The position numbers were made by a program, and so were the translations under genes. This document shows, piece by piece, positions 49,465 through 62,470 of a stretch of 64,000 nt of DNA (position 1 is its first letter; every line of letters begins with the position of its first letter). This DNA comes from Chiloscyllium plagiosum (taxonomy: Eukaryota). The stretch covers positions 90,506,376-90,570,375 of the forward strand of contig NC_057718.1 of NCBI RefSeq assembly GCF_004010195.1, in the 5' to 3' direction. The notes below the pieces were generated by a model. That model had not been told where the DNA came from. It made no database searches and was given only the letters and a program-made list of their open reading frames with translations.

Positions 49465-51140
49465 ATAGAGAAGTTATAATGCCAGAAGAGGTCATTCAGG
49501 CCATCATGTCTGCACCAGATGAATAAACTAACTCCCTTGTTCTGAATCCTTTTAAATGAATTAGGGTTTGTCTCTCAACCACACTGAACTGGGCTCTGAA
49601 TTCCAGACCCCCACCACCCTCTGAGCGAAAAAGATTTTCCTCATGACCCTTCAAATCCTTCTACCTGTTACCTCAGGCCTATGCCCCCCCCCCCCCCCCC
49701 TCCCCAGTCTATGCTAGGTAAACCAACCTTCCCCTGTCCACTTTTAACCAAGCTCTTCCTTATTTCATCCATCTCAGTTAAATCGCTCTTAGCCCCCTCT
49801 ATTGCGATAAAAATCAATTTTCGACCATTGCAATTTTCAAGCCTTTCCAACATTGTAAATTTGTTCTATAGTGTGTCCAGAGCAAATATGTCCTCGCTGT
49901 AATGTGGTGACCAGAGCTGTACATAAAACTCCCCCAAGTATGGCCTAACTAGTGTCTCATGTAGTTCCAACATTATATCCTTCCATTTGTATTCAATATC
50001 TCTTCCATTGAGGGAAAGCGTCCTGTATGTCTCTTTTAACATCTTATCTACTTTTTCACCCCCTTTGGGGACCTTTGCTATCCACAGGTCACTGACTTCC
50101 TCGACCTCTCTCAGTCCCCTCCTGATTATTGTGCATGTCCTAGCTTTGTGCGCCTGCTCCATTTGCACAACCTTATATTTGTCTTGCTATGGACCAGACC
50201 AAACCCCCTTCAAAATACATTAAGAGATAGCCTAGATCTTAGATTTTTTTTATTTTAAAGGCAGATATAATATGTTGCATTCCAGATGCAATTCGATTGG
50301 TCAAACTACTTGACATTAAGCAAAACACAATTTATTCATACAAGATACTTAAAAGACAACAAAAGAAAGAATAAAGAAAGGAATTAGTTTCACTGTAACT
50401 CAATCAAAATGGATAGAGTAACTATTACTAATTAACTGTTCCAATATAGTAACTTCCCACAAACACACCTTGACGAAAGGTAAATTTAGAATATAGATTA
50501 TCTCTCATGTAACTCCAGCAGCAGGGAGAGAACACCCAGCTTTTAACTGTAACTGAGAGAGGGGAAAAAATAGCTTCCACATCTGCAACTCCCCAATGGA
50601 AACTGCTTAAAGCTCAAACTAAAAATCCTGTTTTGACCACACCCATTCAGGCTGCTTCTATTGTTCCAACCCTTTTATAAACAAATCCCAAGGCCTCACC
50701 AGCTGGTCACTCTATGAGCTTTCAATAGATAGCTTGGCACCTCTGCCTTAAAACGTCTCTTCACAAAAGCGCCAGGATAAAATACACCTCTTAAAGCTGT
50801 AGTTTCATTACAGTCTGGATTGAATTCCCTTTACCACTTTTCCTCTCTCTCATTGATATCTTCCTGCAGTCAATGGACATCCTGTTCACCATCAATTGCC
50901 CAGCCCAATTTCTGTTTCGTCTGCAAATGCCCCAATCATATTGAGTCTAAATCAATAGTATATATCACAAACAGCAAGGGTCCTAACACTGAGCCCTGTG
51001 GAAACTGTAAACTGTTTTCCATTCACAAGAACATCCATGAACCATCCCTTTCCTGTCACTGTGCTGATTATTGATCTAGCTTGATGCATATTCCATTGTA
51101 TCCCCTGGGCTTCCATTTTTCTGACCAGTAACTGTTTCGG
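49465..51140 (-). mobile_element. Old CR1 LINE fragment split by a solo LTR
   Basis: IEYKWKDIMLELHETLVRPYL remnant. The sequence ACCTTATATTTGTCT|GGATTGAATTCC rejoins when 50185-50816 is removed. Confidence 0.65.
50185..50812 (-). mobile_element. Solo LTR (628 bp)
   Basis: TG...CA termini and a 4-bp TSD GTCT (50181-50184, 50813-50816), interrupting a CR1. TATAAAA (~50673-50679) and AATAAA (~50331-50336) lie on the - strand. Confidence 0.75.
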
Positions 51141-51255
51141 AGTCACCATTGTTGAGACCAACTTACAATTCCAGATTTTGTTAATCACTGGTCTGGTGGA
51201 ATTCAAGCTCATGTCCCAGTATCTGGATCTCTGGATTACTCAAATAAGCATGGAA

Positions 51256-51488
51256 AATGCTGGAGAAACTCGGCAGGTCTGCCAGCATCTGCGGAGAGGC
51301 AGACAGAGTGAACCTGCCAAGTTCAATATGATTCTGCTTCACCTCTGCTCCTAAAGAGGGGTCACACCTCACTCAAAACGTTAAATCCGTTTCTCTCTCT
51401 CTGCATAGATACTGCCAGACCTGCTGAGTTTCTCCAGCATTCTCTGTGTTGGCTTCAGATTTCCAGAATCGGCAGTATTTTGCTTTTT
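51256..51488. mobile_element. Old palindromic PLE-derived insertion (family C)
   Basis: ATGCTGGAGAAACTCGGCAGGTCTG... inverted against ...CAGACCTGCTGAGTTTCTCCAGCAT, with a decayed centre. Confidence 0.55.
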
Positions 51489-51974
51489 CTTCCTCTGGAT
51501 TACTAGTCCAACGGTGTTAACACTACACTTCTGACTCCCTTTACTCCACTTGCTTCTCTAGCCTTAATACTCCCGTCAAATTCGATTCTTGACCAGTGAT
51601 CGTGTGCTTGATGGTTTCTCAGAAGTCACAGGGGAATGGGTGAGAGTTTGATTGAAAAACTGGCAAAACTAATCCATTCACTCCATGTTCTGTCCATGCA
51701 CACTGGGCTGAGAAACCAGCCTGAGTTTAGGTAGGCCTTTTCACCCTGGACATAGGAAGTGCTGCTGGTGTTAGGAGGTCATAGAGTCATAGAGATGCAC
51801 AGCACAGAAACAGACCCTTCAGTCCGACTCATCCATGCCGACCAGATATCCTAAACTAATCTAGTCCCATTTGCCAGCAATTGGCCCATATCCCTCTCAA
51901 CCCTTCCTATTCATATACCCATCCAAATGCCTTTTAAATGTTGTAATTTTCACCAGCCTCCACAATTTCTTTCC

Positions 51975-52533
51975 CCAACCTAGTTTGCTGTATCTAGTAT
52001 TCCCGATGTGGTCTTCACGACATCGGGAAGACCAAACGTAAACTTAGGGAATGGTTTGTCGAGCATATCAACCGGGCCTGCAGGTGCCAACCGGACCTCC
52101 CAGTCACCCCCCATTTTAATTCCCCCTCCCATTCCCTTTCTGACATGAGCATCTTCGGCCTCCTCCATTGCCACAATGAACCATACCGCAAATTGGAGGA
52201 ACAACACCTCTTCTTCCGCCTGGGCAGCCTATAGCCTGGAGGACTCAAAATTGAGTTCTCCAATTTCAAATAACCTCCCTTCCCTGACCCTGACTCCCTT
52301 CTCTGCCCCTCCCTCTCCTTTCCACTCCTCCCAGCCACCCACCGGATTCATTCCTTCCATTGACTAACCCTTTGCCTGTCTTCACCTATCCCCACTTCAC
52401 CACCCTGCCCCCACCAGCCCCTTTATCTGCAGCTCCCCTTATGCCCACCCCCAGTCCTGAAGGAGGGTCGCACCCGAAACATTGACTTCTCCACCTCCTG
52501 GCTTGCTGTGTTCTTCCAGCCTCCTGCTTGTCC
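51975..52533 (+). mobile_element. Decayed Penelope-like fragment nested in CR1
   Basis: GIY-YIG-like remnant (...RCGLHDIGKTKRKLRE...; KLEEQHLFFRLGSL) and a terminal repeat with a degenerate hammerhead at 52453-52487. Confidence 0.7.
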
Positions 52534-53336
52534 ACCACTCCCTCTGGCAGTTCATTTCATACACGCACCACCCCTGCATGAAAACGTTGCCCCATAGGTC
52601 CCTTTTATACCTTTCCCCTCTCCCCTAAACCTATGCTGTCTCGTTTTGGACTTCCCCACCCTAGGGAAAAGACCTTATCTATTTGCCCTATCCATGCCCC
52701 TCATGATGTTATAAAGTAAGAAATTATAGACTCAGTGACATGAGCTACAAACTTCCAATAGGATTCACTAAAGTTCATCTGAGTGATGTAGAACAGACAA
52801 ATTTTTTCCACACTGATACCATATTTTCTTAATTTAATGTATTCTACAACTTAGTCTATTCCTTGTCTTTTAAAGTTGCTTAATTCGAATTCGAATTATT
52901 GAATATTTCAGTCTTTGGGCATTAAATTCCTTGAGTATTGTTTAGTTTACAGTTTTAATATTTTTGTTTAAATTATCTACAGTACAACACAGGATGCTAA
53001 GTGGGGTGAGCATCGGGGTAGGAAAAAACTAGGTAAAAACAATGACTGCAGATGCAGGAAACCAGAGTTTAGATTAGAGTGGTGCTGGAAAAGCACAGCA
53101 GTTCAGGCAGCATCTGAGGAGCAGGGAAATCAACATTATCAGGGTAGGAAACCATATCCTACATTAGGTACATAAATTTAGCAATGTTCATGTTTTCTGC
53201 CAAATTGCATAATGAAGATATGTTTAAATAAAAGTTTACTTTGAACAAGTACAATTTATCATATACACAATGTGAAAATATTGAAGTGAAATGAGGTTGA
53301 TGCGATACAAGAAAACATTAATATCATTCATTTTCA

Positions 53337-53900
53337 AATCATAGAATCCTACAGTGTGGAAGCAAGCCACTTAGCCCACACCGGCCCTCTGATGAGCAAC
53401 CCACCCAGACCCCACTCCCTACCCTATTCCTGCTATTCCTATGGGCTGCACATTCCTGGACACATCTCAAAGATCCACCCCACCCTACAACCTCTACCAT
53501 CGGGGAGAAGGTACAGAAGCTTGAACACACACACCAGCCGGTTTCATAACAGTTTCTACCCTACTGTTGTTAGAATACTGAATGGACTCACAAACTCTTA
53601 GCATGCGCCTGTACCTGTGTTTTTGTTTTTGCCGCTGTTTACCTATTATTTCCTTATCTATGCTACTTAACTCTGTGATCTGCCTGTACTGCTCGCAAGA
53701 CGAAGCTTTTCACTGTGCCTCGGTACATGTGACAATAAATTCAGTTCAATTCTATGGGCAATTTAGCCTGACCAATTCACCTAACCTGCCTGTTTTTGGA
53801 CTGGGAGAGAACGTGCAAACTCCAAACAGACAGTCGCCCAAGGCTGGAATGGAACCCAGGTCCCTGGTGCTGTGAGGTAGCAGTGCTAACCACTGTGTTG
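53337..53900 (-). mobile_element. HE1-type SINE split by a Rex1/Babar 3' fragment
   Basis: SINE tail at 53337-53460 and head at 53752-53900 flank the insert. Confidence 0.7.
53461..53751 (+). mobile_element. Rex1/Babar-clade LINE 3' end
   Basis: LQPLPSGRRYRSLNTHTSRFHNSFYPTVVRILN, then a 3' UTR ending GACAATAAATTCAGTTCAATT. Highly similar to the reverse complement of 56586-56870. Confidence 0.75.
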
Positions 53901-54475
53901 CCTGTACTGTGCAAGCACAAAGCAGCATTGAAAACTCCTCCAAACCTCTCTTTTACAACAAATGTGAAGGTGATCAAGGGTGTCTTGTATATGTTGCAGA
54001 TGAGGGAAAATGGAGATGCTCTGACAGGTTCACAGCAAAAGTGACCACTGCATTCATTTGTCCCATTGCAGCTAATAGATAGTAACTGAGGTGATTGTGA
54101 CGGTTCGTGGCTTGTGAAGAGATTTGTGATTGTCTCAGTGAAATGAAAACACATCGCTCTGGTTGCTGTTGAAGGAAGTGAGGGAGTTCGATGCAGGCAC
54201 CGAGAGGGTGTCACCTCCAGAGGTGATACTCAAGGTCATCCGATCCAAAGTTTACAGTGACTGGCAAACGACCCAGTGGAGACACGAGGGAACAAAGTGA
54301 AAAAAAAACATGCTCAGCAAGTTGTGGTGATCTAGAGCGTGCTGCCTGGGAAGCTGGTGAAAACACACCTAGTACTAACTGTCAAAAGGGAACTGAATTC
54401 ATGTTTAGAGACGGAGAATTGCAGGGTCACAGGCAAAAAAAAAACACAAGGGGGCGAGATAATTAGATAGCCCTT

Positions 54476-55645
54476 TAGATCATAAGACATAGGAGCAGAA
54501 ATTAGGCCATTCAGCCCATCGAGTCTGCTCCGCCATTCTGTCATGGCTGATGGGTTTTTCAACCCCATTTTCCCGCTTTCTCCCTGTAACCTTTGATCCC
54601 CTTGGCAGTCAAGAACTTATCAATCTCTGTTTTAAATCTACTCAATGATCTGGCCTCCACAGCCTTCTGTGGTAATGAATTGCACAGATTCACCACTCTC
54701 TCTGGATAAAGACATTCCTCCTCATCTCCATTCTTCCCTTCCCTCGAAGGCTGGGCCTCCAGGTCCCCGTCTCTCCTGCCAATGGAAACAACTTCCCAGT
54801 GTCCATTCTGTCCAGGAGAAAGTGAGGACTGCAGATGCTGGAGTACCAGAGTTCAAATTCACCTGCACCTCCACACACATCATTTACTGCATCCGCTGTA
54901 CCCGATGTGGCCTCCTCTACATTAGGGAGACAGGCCGCCTACTTGCGGAACGTTTCAGAGAACACCTCTGGGACACCCACACCAACCAACCCAACCGCAC
55001 CGTGGCTGAACACTTTAACTCCCCTTCCCACTCCGCCAATGACATGCAGGTCCTTGGCCTCCTCCATCGCCAGACCCTGGTCACACGATGCCTCTGAAAC
55101 TGTGGATTCTAAAATCAGTTTTAAGGCTGACACAGAACAGGAATCCCTGATTCCTGAAGAAGGGCTTATGCCCGAAATGTCGATTCTCCTGCTCCTCGGA
55201 TGCTGCCTGGCCTGCTGTGTTTTTCCAGCACCACATTTTTCAACTCCACTCAGTCCAGGCCATTCAGTAATTCTGTAAGTTTCAATTAGATCCCCTCACC
55301 CTTCTAAACTCCATTGAGTATAATCCCAGAGTCCTCAAATGTTCCTCATATGTGAAGCCTTTCATTCTCGCGAACCTCCTTTGGACCCACTCCAGGGCCA
55401 GTACATCTTTCCTGAGGTGTGAGGCCCAAAATTACTCATAATACTCTAAATGAGGTCTGACCTTTAAAGCCTCAGAAGTATATCCCTGCTTTTATATTCT
55501 AGTTCTCTCGAGATGAATGACAACATTGTACTTGCATTCCTAACTACCAACTCAACCTGCAAGTTTACCTGAAGAGAAACCTGGACTCGGACTCCCAAGT
55601 CCCTTTGCACCTCAGATTTCTGAATTTTCTCCACATTTAGAAATG
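54476..55645 (-). mobile_element. CR1 LINE fragment hosting a PLE insertion
   Basis: VQRDLGVRV...LEYKSRDILLRL remnant, with the CR1 3' UTR at 54476-54560. Confidence 0.7.
54814..55244 (+). mobile_element. Penelope-like fragment with GIY-YIG remnant, nested in CR1
   Basis: FTCTSTHIIYCIRCTRCGLLYIRETGRLLAERFREHL...VAEHFNSPSHS between a short inverted terminal piece and a hammerhead-bearing repeat (55154-55181). Near-TSD TCCA(T/C)TC(T/A)GTCCAGG at 54802-54816 and 55245-55259. Confidence 0.85.
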
Positions 55646-56585
55646 AAAGAGCTGGCATGAGCACAGTAGGCCAAACAGCCTCCTGGGCTGTAGCATTGAT
55701 GATTGTATGAGCTGATGTTTCGTTTTGAGACAGAGAAAGGAGTTGGATGATTCACAGTTCTCTGAGGGCTGGGTTGGAGTGTGAGGGAGAAAGGAAGTGT
55801 GCGCCCATTCTTTGGGGATATTTAATGCAATCTTAAATCCTGTGAGACAGGGTTCCTGGACAATTAGGGGTGTGGTGGATGGGGCTGGAGGATGGATGTT
55901 CATGAAGATTGAGGGTCAGTGAGAGACCTGTTCAGTGTCAGAGAGACGGGCTGCAATAACATGTAAAATAGAGCCCATTTCAAAATGGGTGAAGCTGAAT
56001 TCCCAGCCTCCTTTCTCTCTCTCTCTCTCTCTCGATTAGAAAATACGTTGTCTGATGGTTTACCATAATTTGTTTTCTATTATTTTGACTTTTACTTCAG
56101 GAATGCCCCAACATCTTTTAGAAGGAAGCCTGGGGCCTAGGAAGCCAGAAGGTCTTCTACTTCTTTTGTAAGAGTCACCTATGTCATCAATGTTCAAAGG
56201 TATTGGAGAATGAAGTAAAGAAAGCAAAATTTCTGGAAATGAAATGTAGTCCAAAGGGAAAAGTTAGTAAAAATGTTTTGATTGGAAACTGTAGCTAATG
56301 TCCCCCCATGGTAGTGTTACCGTTCACTCAGAGATTCCATGTTGCTGTGGCAACATGAGCTTAACTTGTACGTTGTAATCTGGAATTATGGGCAGAGATG
56401 GTAGATAGTGTTATTCCCATCACACGGCTAACCACTCCGACTGAATGACGGGAAGAAGATCATTGATGAAGCAGGTGGAAGTGATTGGGCCTGTGACAGT
56501 ACCCTGAAAGACACTTGCAGTGATGTCCTGGGGCTGCAATGACTTACCTCCAACAAGTACAACCATCTTCTTTTGAGATGGCTAT

Positions 56586-57380
56586 GAATTGAATTGAATT
56601 GAATTGAATTGAATTTATTGTCACGTGTACCGAGGCACAGGGAAAAGCTTTGTCTTGCGAGCAATACAGGCAGATCACAGAGTTAAGTAGCATAGATAGT
56701 AAATAATCAGTAAATAACGGCGAAAACAAAAACACACGTATAGGCGAATGCTAAGAATTTGTGAGTCCATGAAGTATTCTAACAACAGTGGGGTAGAAAC
56801 TGTTGTGAAATCGGCTGGTGCATGTGTTCAGGCTCCTGTACCTTCTCCCCGATGGTAGAGGTTGTAGAAAAGCATTGCCAGGGTGGGATGGAGCTTTGAG
56901 AATACTGGCGGCCTTTCCTTAACAGCGGGCCTGGTAGATGGATTCTGTAGATGGGAGGTTGGCCTTTGTGATTGTCCGGGCCAAGTTCACCACTCTCTGT
57001 AACCGTCTCCGATCTCGAATGGTACAGTTGCCATACCAGGTACTGATACATCCAGAACAGAATGCTCTCAATGGTGCACCTATAAAAGTAGGCAAGGGTA
57101 TTTGCTGTCATGCCAAATGATTTGAGCTGCCTGAGGAAGAAGTGACATTGTTGGGCCTTTGTAAACAGTGCATCCATCCGTTCCACCTCTGTGCTGTTAA
57201 TGTGTAAGGGGGAGCATGAGTAACATCCTGCGGAAAGTCAATAATGAGCTCCTTGAGAGCCAGTTTGTTCTCAGTGCACCATTTTTCCAGATCTTCCACC
57301 TCCTGTCTGTAGTCTGTTTCGTCGCCAGATGAGATTCGACCGACTATGGTGGTGTCATCAGTGAACTTGTAAATGGTATG
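56586..57380 (-). mobile_element. Rex1/Babar-clade LINE, 5'-truncated RT remnant
   Basis: IYKFTDDTTIVGRISSGDETDYRQEVEDL (FADD-like RT motif), KAQQCHFFLRQLKSFG...FYRCTIESIL, and a (CAATT)n tail. Confidence 0.8.
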
Positions 57381-57924
57381 ACTCCAAACAAGGGGAGAGT
57401 TTGGCCCATGATCCCATTGATGTCCATTTTGCCAGATCTGCTTGCTGGCTGTCATTCTCACTGAGTCCAGGGGCAAGATCTCAAGTTGCTAAAGTCCACG
57501 TTCAAAGGGAGAACTTCATGAAAGAATATGGAAAGTCTTTGACAAGTTTGAGGTCTTAGAACAGGATGGGAGGCTAAAGATGTTATATCAGAGCGGGAAT
57601 AAAAAGGGCAGTTGAACTACTGAGCCATAGTTCAGCTGGGGTCATGGTTCTGAGCAGAATGGGTGAAGCACAGGAGGCCATTTGACCCATCACACTCATT
57701 CCAGCTCGTGCTCGTCCCACTGCTCTCCTTTCTGCCGGTAGATTTGCAAAGTTTTACTTTTCAGATAATTATCCTCCTGTCGTTTGAAAGCTACAATTGA
57801 ATCTGCTTCCACCACATACTCAGGCTGTGCATTCCAAACCCTATCCTATAAAAAAAATCTTCCGGCGTCTCTAACTCTTTTGCTGAGTAACTAAAATCCG
57901 TCTCCTGTGGCCTACTTGAGAAAC

Positions 57925-58372
57925 AATGTACCGGCACTGGAGGGGGTGCAGAGGGGGTTCACTGGGTTGATTCGGGAGTCGAGAGGATTGGCTTATGAGG
58001 AGAGATTGAGTACCCTGGGATTATACTCATTGGAATTTTATTAAAATGTATAAAGTTATGAAGGGAATAGATAAGACAGAAGCAGCAAGGTTATTTCCAC
58101 TGGTTGGTAATGAAGTGTATCGCTTCAAAATAAGGGGGAGCGGATTGAGGACTGAGTTGAGGAGGAACGTCTTCACCCCAAGGGTTGTGAATCGGTGGAG
58201 TTCCCTGCCCAGTGAAGCAGTTGAGGCTGCCTCATTGATAGGTTTTTGAACAGTAAAGGAATAAAGGGTTATGGTGAGCGAGTGAGTCCACAAAAAAATC
58301 AACCATGATCTTATTGAATGGCGGAGCAGGCTCAACACGCCTGATGGCCTAATCTTGCTCTTAGTTCTTATA
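57925..58372 (+). mobile_element. CR1 LINE 3' fragment
   Basis: YKVMKGIDK...RRNVFTPRVVNRWSSLP plus 3' UTR. Confidence 0.7.
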
Positions 58373-60764
58373 AACCTATGGTCTTAGGGTCTTTTGACCC
58401 TTGTGTCAATGGGAAGCATTTCTACCAGACTACAGTCTCCAGAGCACCAGGTGTTTGTATGGAGCTCATTCGACTGATGTTTGCCTCCTAATGGGGAAGT
58501 CAGTCGGAATTTTCGTAACCTTCATTGGAAGAGGTGCATCATGGTTTCTGTGCCTTGCTGAAGGAATGTTTGGTTCCCTGGGAAATTGCCAGGCGAGGAC
58601 GCGGGACTGAGGATTAATTGGAGGAAATGGAAGGAGAAGCGAAAGACTAAATTGTTGGAGTGGTGGAGGATACAGGTTGGTGGCTGTGGGATGGAAGGTG
58701 AGCTCGGCAGCAGTTCTTCATTGAGAGAGAATCGGCAGGTGCATTTGGCCAAGGATATTGGTCAGTGGCCAAGGAAAACCACGTCGGCTTCAAAGGACAC
58801 TTCAAATGAAACTTGTCATCAGCAGAGCCGAGGGAACGGAGTCGGAAGTTGGAGAAAGGGATGTATGTTTGCCAAAGGGTGAGTGAAGCTCATGACATTT
58901 CGACAGTTGGATATGTCCGGAATGTGAAGGGAATGCCCAATTGGGAAATCATCGGCTCAGCTGATGCGTTCAGTCCACTTTGTGCCGTCTTTGTTAGAAC
59001 GCAGTGTCTGGGACTTTAATAGTGGCGAGGCTGGAAATCTGACAGCAATTCTGGCACCTGTACATGTCCGTCAAAAGGGGAGACCCAGAGGTTTCTGTTA
59101 GAGACACTGCACCATTTTTCAGGGCCTGTTGTGACACTGTCCACTCACGGGGCAAAAACATTATACCGCCCTCTCAACTGGAAGGTGGGGAGGGGCATTG
59201 AATTTGGAGGGAGGGCGGGGGACCCTGCTGCTTCAGTTACATCCAGCTCCACCCCCCAACCAACCACTGCCAATGAGACCCTGAATGCTCACGTAAGAGC
59301 CTCATCCCCCTGTCCCGTCAAGTTAGACTAAGTGGCGATGTGTTCTTGTGGTGTGGTACACGTCTCCTTACCACTGAGTCAGGCAGCCTGGGCCAAGGTG
59401 TGTAAGACCACCTCAGAGCAGCTTGGTTTTGAAAAGGTCAGTGCTCAGGGTCTTCCTGTCTTTGCACGACCCCGTCCCTTTGACTCAAAGCATTTTGAAA
59501 CGGTTACAAAGTCATTGTGATAAGAAGGGGCACGTTCCTCAGAATTTCAACCCAGAAGGAAGGCATTGTGTCAAAACTGCAGTTTTATCGGAGCTCTAGG
59601 CCCTGTATTCCTTCTCCTTGTCTTGTTTCAATCTCTTCATCAGTTGGAAGCCCAAAGCTTGCTGAACAAAGAAAGCTTTTTGTCTTGCATTCATCAGGAA
59701 ACACTGTATTTATTCTGAGCTCTTATACAGTATAAATCTTGTTTTCCCTTTACATTTATATTCCTTGCAAGTTGTCCTGATTAGTCCAAGATCAAACGCT
59801 TTTGACATAGTGTGACTTTTTGTTTAATTCTCTCTCAGATGTAATTGTTGACATTTTGCAATTGCCACTTCTCACAGGTTCAAATAACTTAGTGTGTGAA
59901 AGATTTTTTGTTATGAATAGCCTTTTTAATGTGCGTTTCTGATGACGCTAATGGAATATATCCTATTCTGGTTTGCTTTGGCTGATGACCAGTTTCACTT
60001 ACACAAAACACAACCTGAAATGCCTAAATATAAGCACGTGTGCAGACAGGTAACCTGTGGGTGTAAAAGCCAGGAGGCTTGCCTTGATCACAGGATTTAT
60101 GAAGCACTTTTCTGTTGTGGAGGCTTCTGGCAATTTGCGTGTTTCTATTTGACCAACATGCTGATGCCAAGTTCAGCTCAGTAGTCCATGGAAACACAGA
60201 TGATACAGATAAAGAAGCTGCAATTGTGCAGTGTACGGATTTCCAACACTTTTTTCACGTTTCAATCTAATCACAGATCATGGTGAACCTTTAAGGTTTG
60301 GAACAATTTGAAAATGTTTCCTTTTTGTTTTGATGGATATGTGCGCACACATTCTGCTGAGGAAAACATCGACGAGCAGGCCTCCAGTAATTTAACCCTG
60401 CCAATTGCTCCTAATTGGGAATTAGAATTGTAATGTGAGTTATCAACAGGGCTTCTAATAGTAGCAATATAACACTCGTGTTCGGGCAGAGATCAAAGAA
60501 GTTGACGCAGGTTTTTAGAAATGTATTGTTGGGATGTGATTATTGCTAGTTAGGTCATAATTTGTGCCCATCCCTAATTGCCCTTAAGAGGGTAATGGTT
60601 GACAATTATCTTGATCCGTCATAGTCCATGTGATGTCGGCACAGCTGCAGTGCTGTTCGAGAGGAGAGTCAAAACATTTTGACCCAGTGATGGAGAATGA
60701 ATGACTGTACACCTTGTGGTTACCACACATTCCTGCCGTTGTGTGTTGGTGGTGGAGGAAGATC

Positions 60765-61062
60765 TGGGTTTCTGGTGGCTCCCTCTCTGATGCTGGCCAC
60801 TGATTGGTTGCTCTCCAAACCCAGGCTTCTGGTTGGTCCCTCTCTAACCCCTGACCTCTGGTGGGCTTTTCTCTCTCTCTCTCTGGCCTCTGACCTCTGG
60901 TGGGTCTCTCTCTGACCCCTGACCTTTGGTTGGTCACTCTCTTTCTGACCCCTGACCTCTGGTTGGGCTCTCTCTGACCCCTGACCTCTGGTGGGTCACT
61001 CTCTCTCTCTTTGACTCCTGACCTCTGGTGGTGTACTTTCTCTCTCTCTCTCTCTTTCTCTC
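60765..61062. repeat. Degenerate ~30-bp CT-rich minisatellite
   Basis: Repeated CTCTCTGACCCCTGACCTCTGGTGGG with variable CT tracts. Confidence 0.8.
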
Positions 61063-62133
61063 CCCTGCTGATCCCTTCCGTGTGGTGGGTTAATGGTGGT
61101 AGATTTGTGAAAGTCTGGAATAGTTTATTCAGCCATTCCACTGGCTATGTTGGATTCACAACGAGGTGATTCTGACTTGGAAGCTGAGGACCGTGTCAGT
61201 GATTTGCCAGTCGCTGTGTAGCTGAGAACGAGCAGAATGCTAACCACTGCTTGTGTTGTGAAGTATTATGTTCCTTTTTAATTTCCTTTGAGCGTTTTGT
61301 TTCATAATTATAAAAGTATTGGGACTTTGCTAGGGCTGGAGGAGTGAAATTTGCAATTTGGGTGACTCTTGACTGACAGGATTTGGTCAATAAAGTAAGT
61401 GACACCCTCAGTAAGGACATGTTGGATGGAGGAGTCTTGGGTTTTGGACATCAACCCCATGTACGTATCAACCCAAGGACTGACCTTACATTGCACTGAC
61501 TCAGTAACAGCCTAAAAGGCTTGTGATGTACAGCGCAGAATGAAGCCAGTACAAACTCACCGACTCGTGATCTATTAACTGCTCTGCAGAGCGGAAATTC
61601 TGTGGAGACCTCAATTGACCTGAAAGTGTGGCCAGGAAGTCAAACAGTGCAAACCTGGATGAGGGTCTGAAGCTAAGTTGACAGTGAGGAGAATGTGCCA
61701 TCTGTTAGCAGTGACCCACCAATGGTGTTTCATGGGATTCCCTTGACCTCTGAACTCAGGCATAGACTGATAATGCATTTCTGATTAGCTGCAGTACCGA
61801 AGCGAGATTAAAACACTCAAAATCATAAATTAATATTTATCCCTATGCCCATGGATTATCTCTTATTCCTGCTGAAGCATTCCTATTAAAGTTTTGATAC
61901 AGTTGGAAGAGCACTTGTGTTGGCCTAGACTTGTTATATGGAATAAATCTGTTGTGAGTCTGCCGTAGACATGGCAACTGTTGGTGTTTGCGGACAGATC
62001 AACATTTCCAGTCCTCCTTGGATAATCTTCCAAGGTTATTGTACAGTGCTGTGCAGTTTTCTTATCTGAATGTAAGCCTGTAGGAAAGAGGCATACCCTG
62101 TAGTGTCCACTGTGTGGGATTGACCCCAATTCT

Positions 62134-62135
<2 letters not shown>

Positions 62136-62175
<40 letters not shown>

Positions 62176-62470
62176 GGCATGTGTGTCCGCGCGCACATGT
62201 GTGTTTGTATATCTGTGTGTGCACGCGTGTGTGTTTGTATATATCTGTGTGTTTGTATATCTGTGTATGTGCGTGTGTGTGTGTATATCTGTGTGTGTGT
62301 ATCCGTGTATGTGTGTACGTGTATACCTGTGCTCGCGTGTGTGTATCTGTGTGTGCATGCACGCACATGTGTGTTTGTATATCTGTGTGTGTGTGCATGC
62401 GCGTGCGTGCATGTTTGTATATCTATGTGCGTGTATGCGTGTGTGTTTGTATATCAGTGTGTTTGTGTGT
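62136..62470. repeat. TG-rich compound microsatellite
   Basis: (TG)n with a recurring GTTTGTATATCTGTGT motif. Confidence 0.95.

Noticed and set aside
54645..55097. 150-aa ORF with a GIY-YIG motif as a functional nuclease gene
   Set aside because: It is a chimeric read-through of antisense CR1 into a truncated PLE fragment. The YIG motif is mutated (YIR) and the domain is incomplete.
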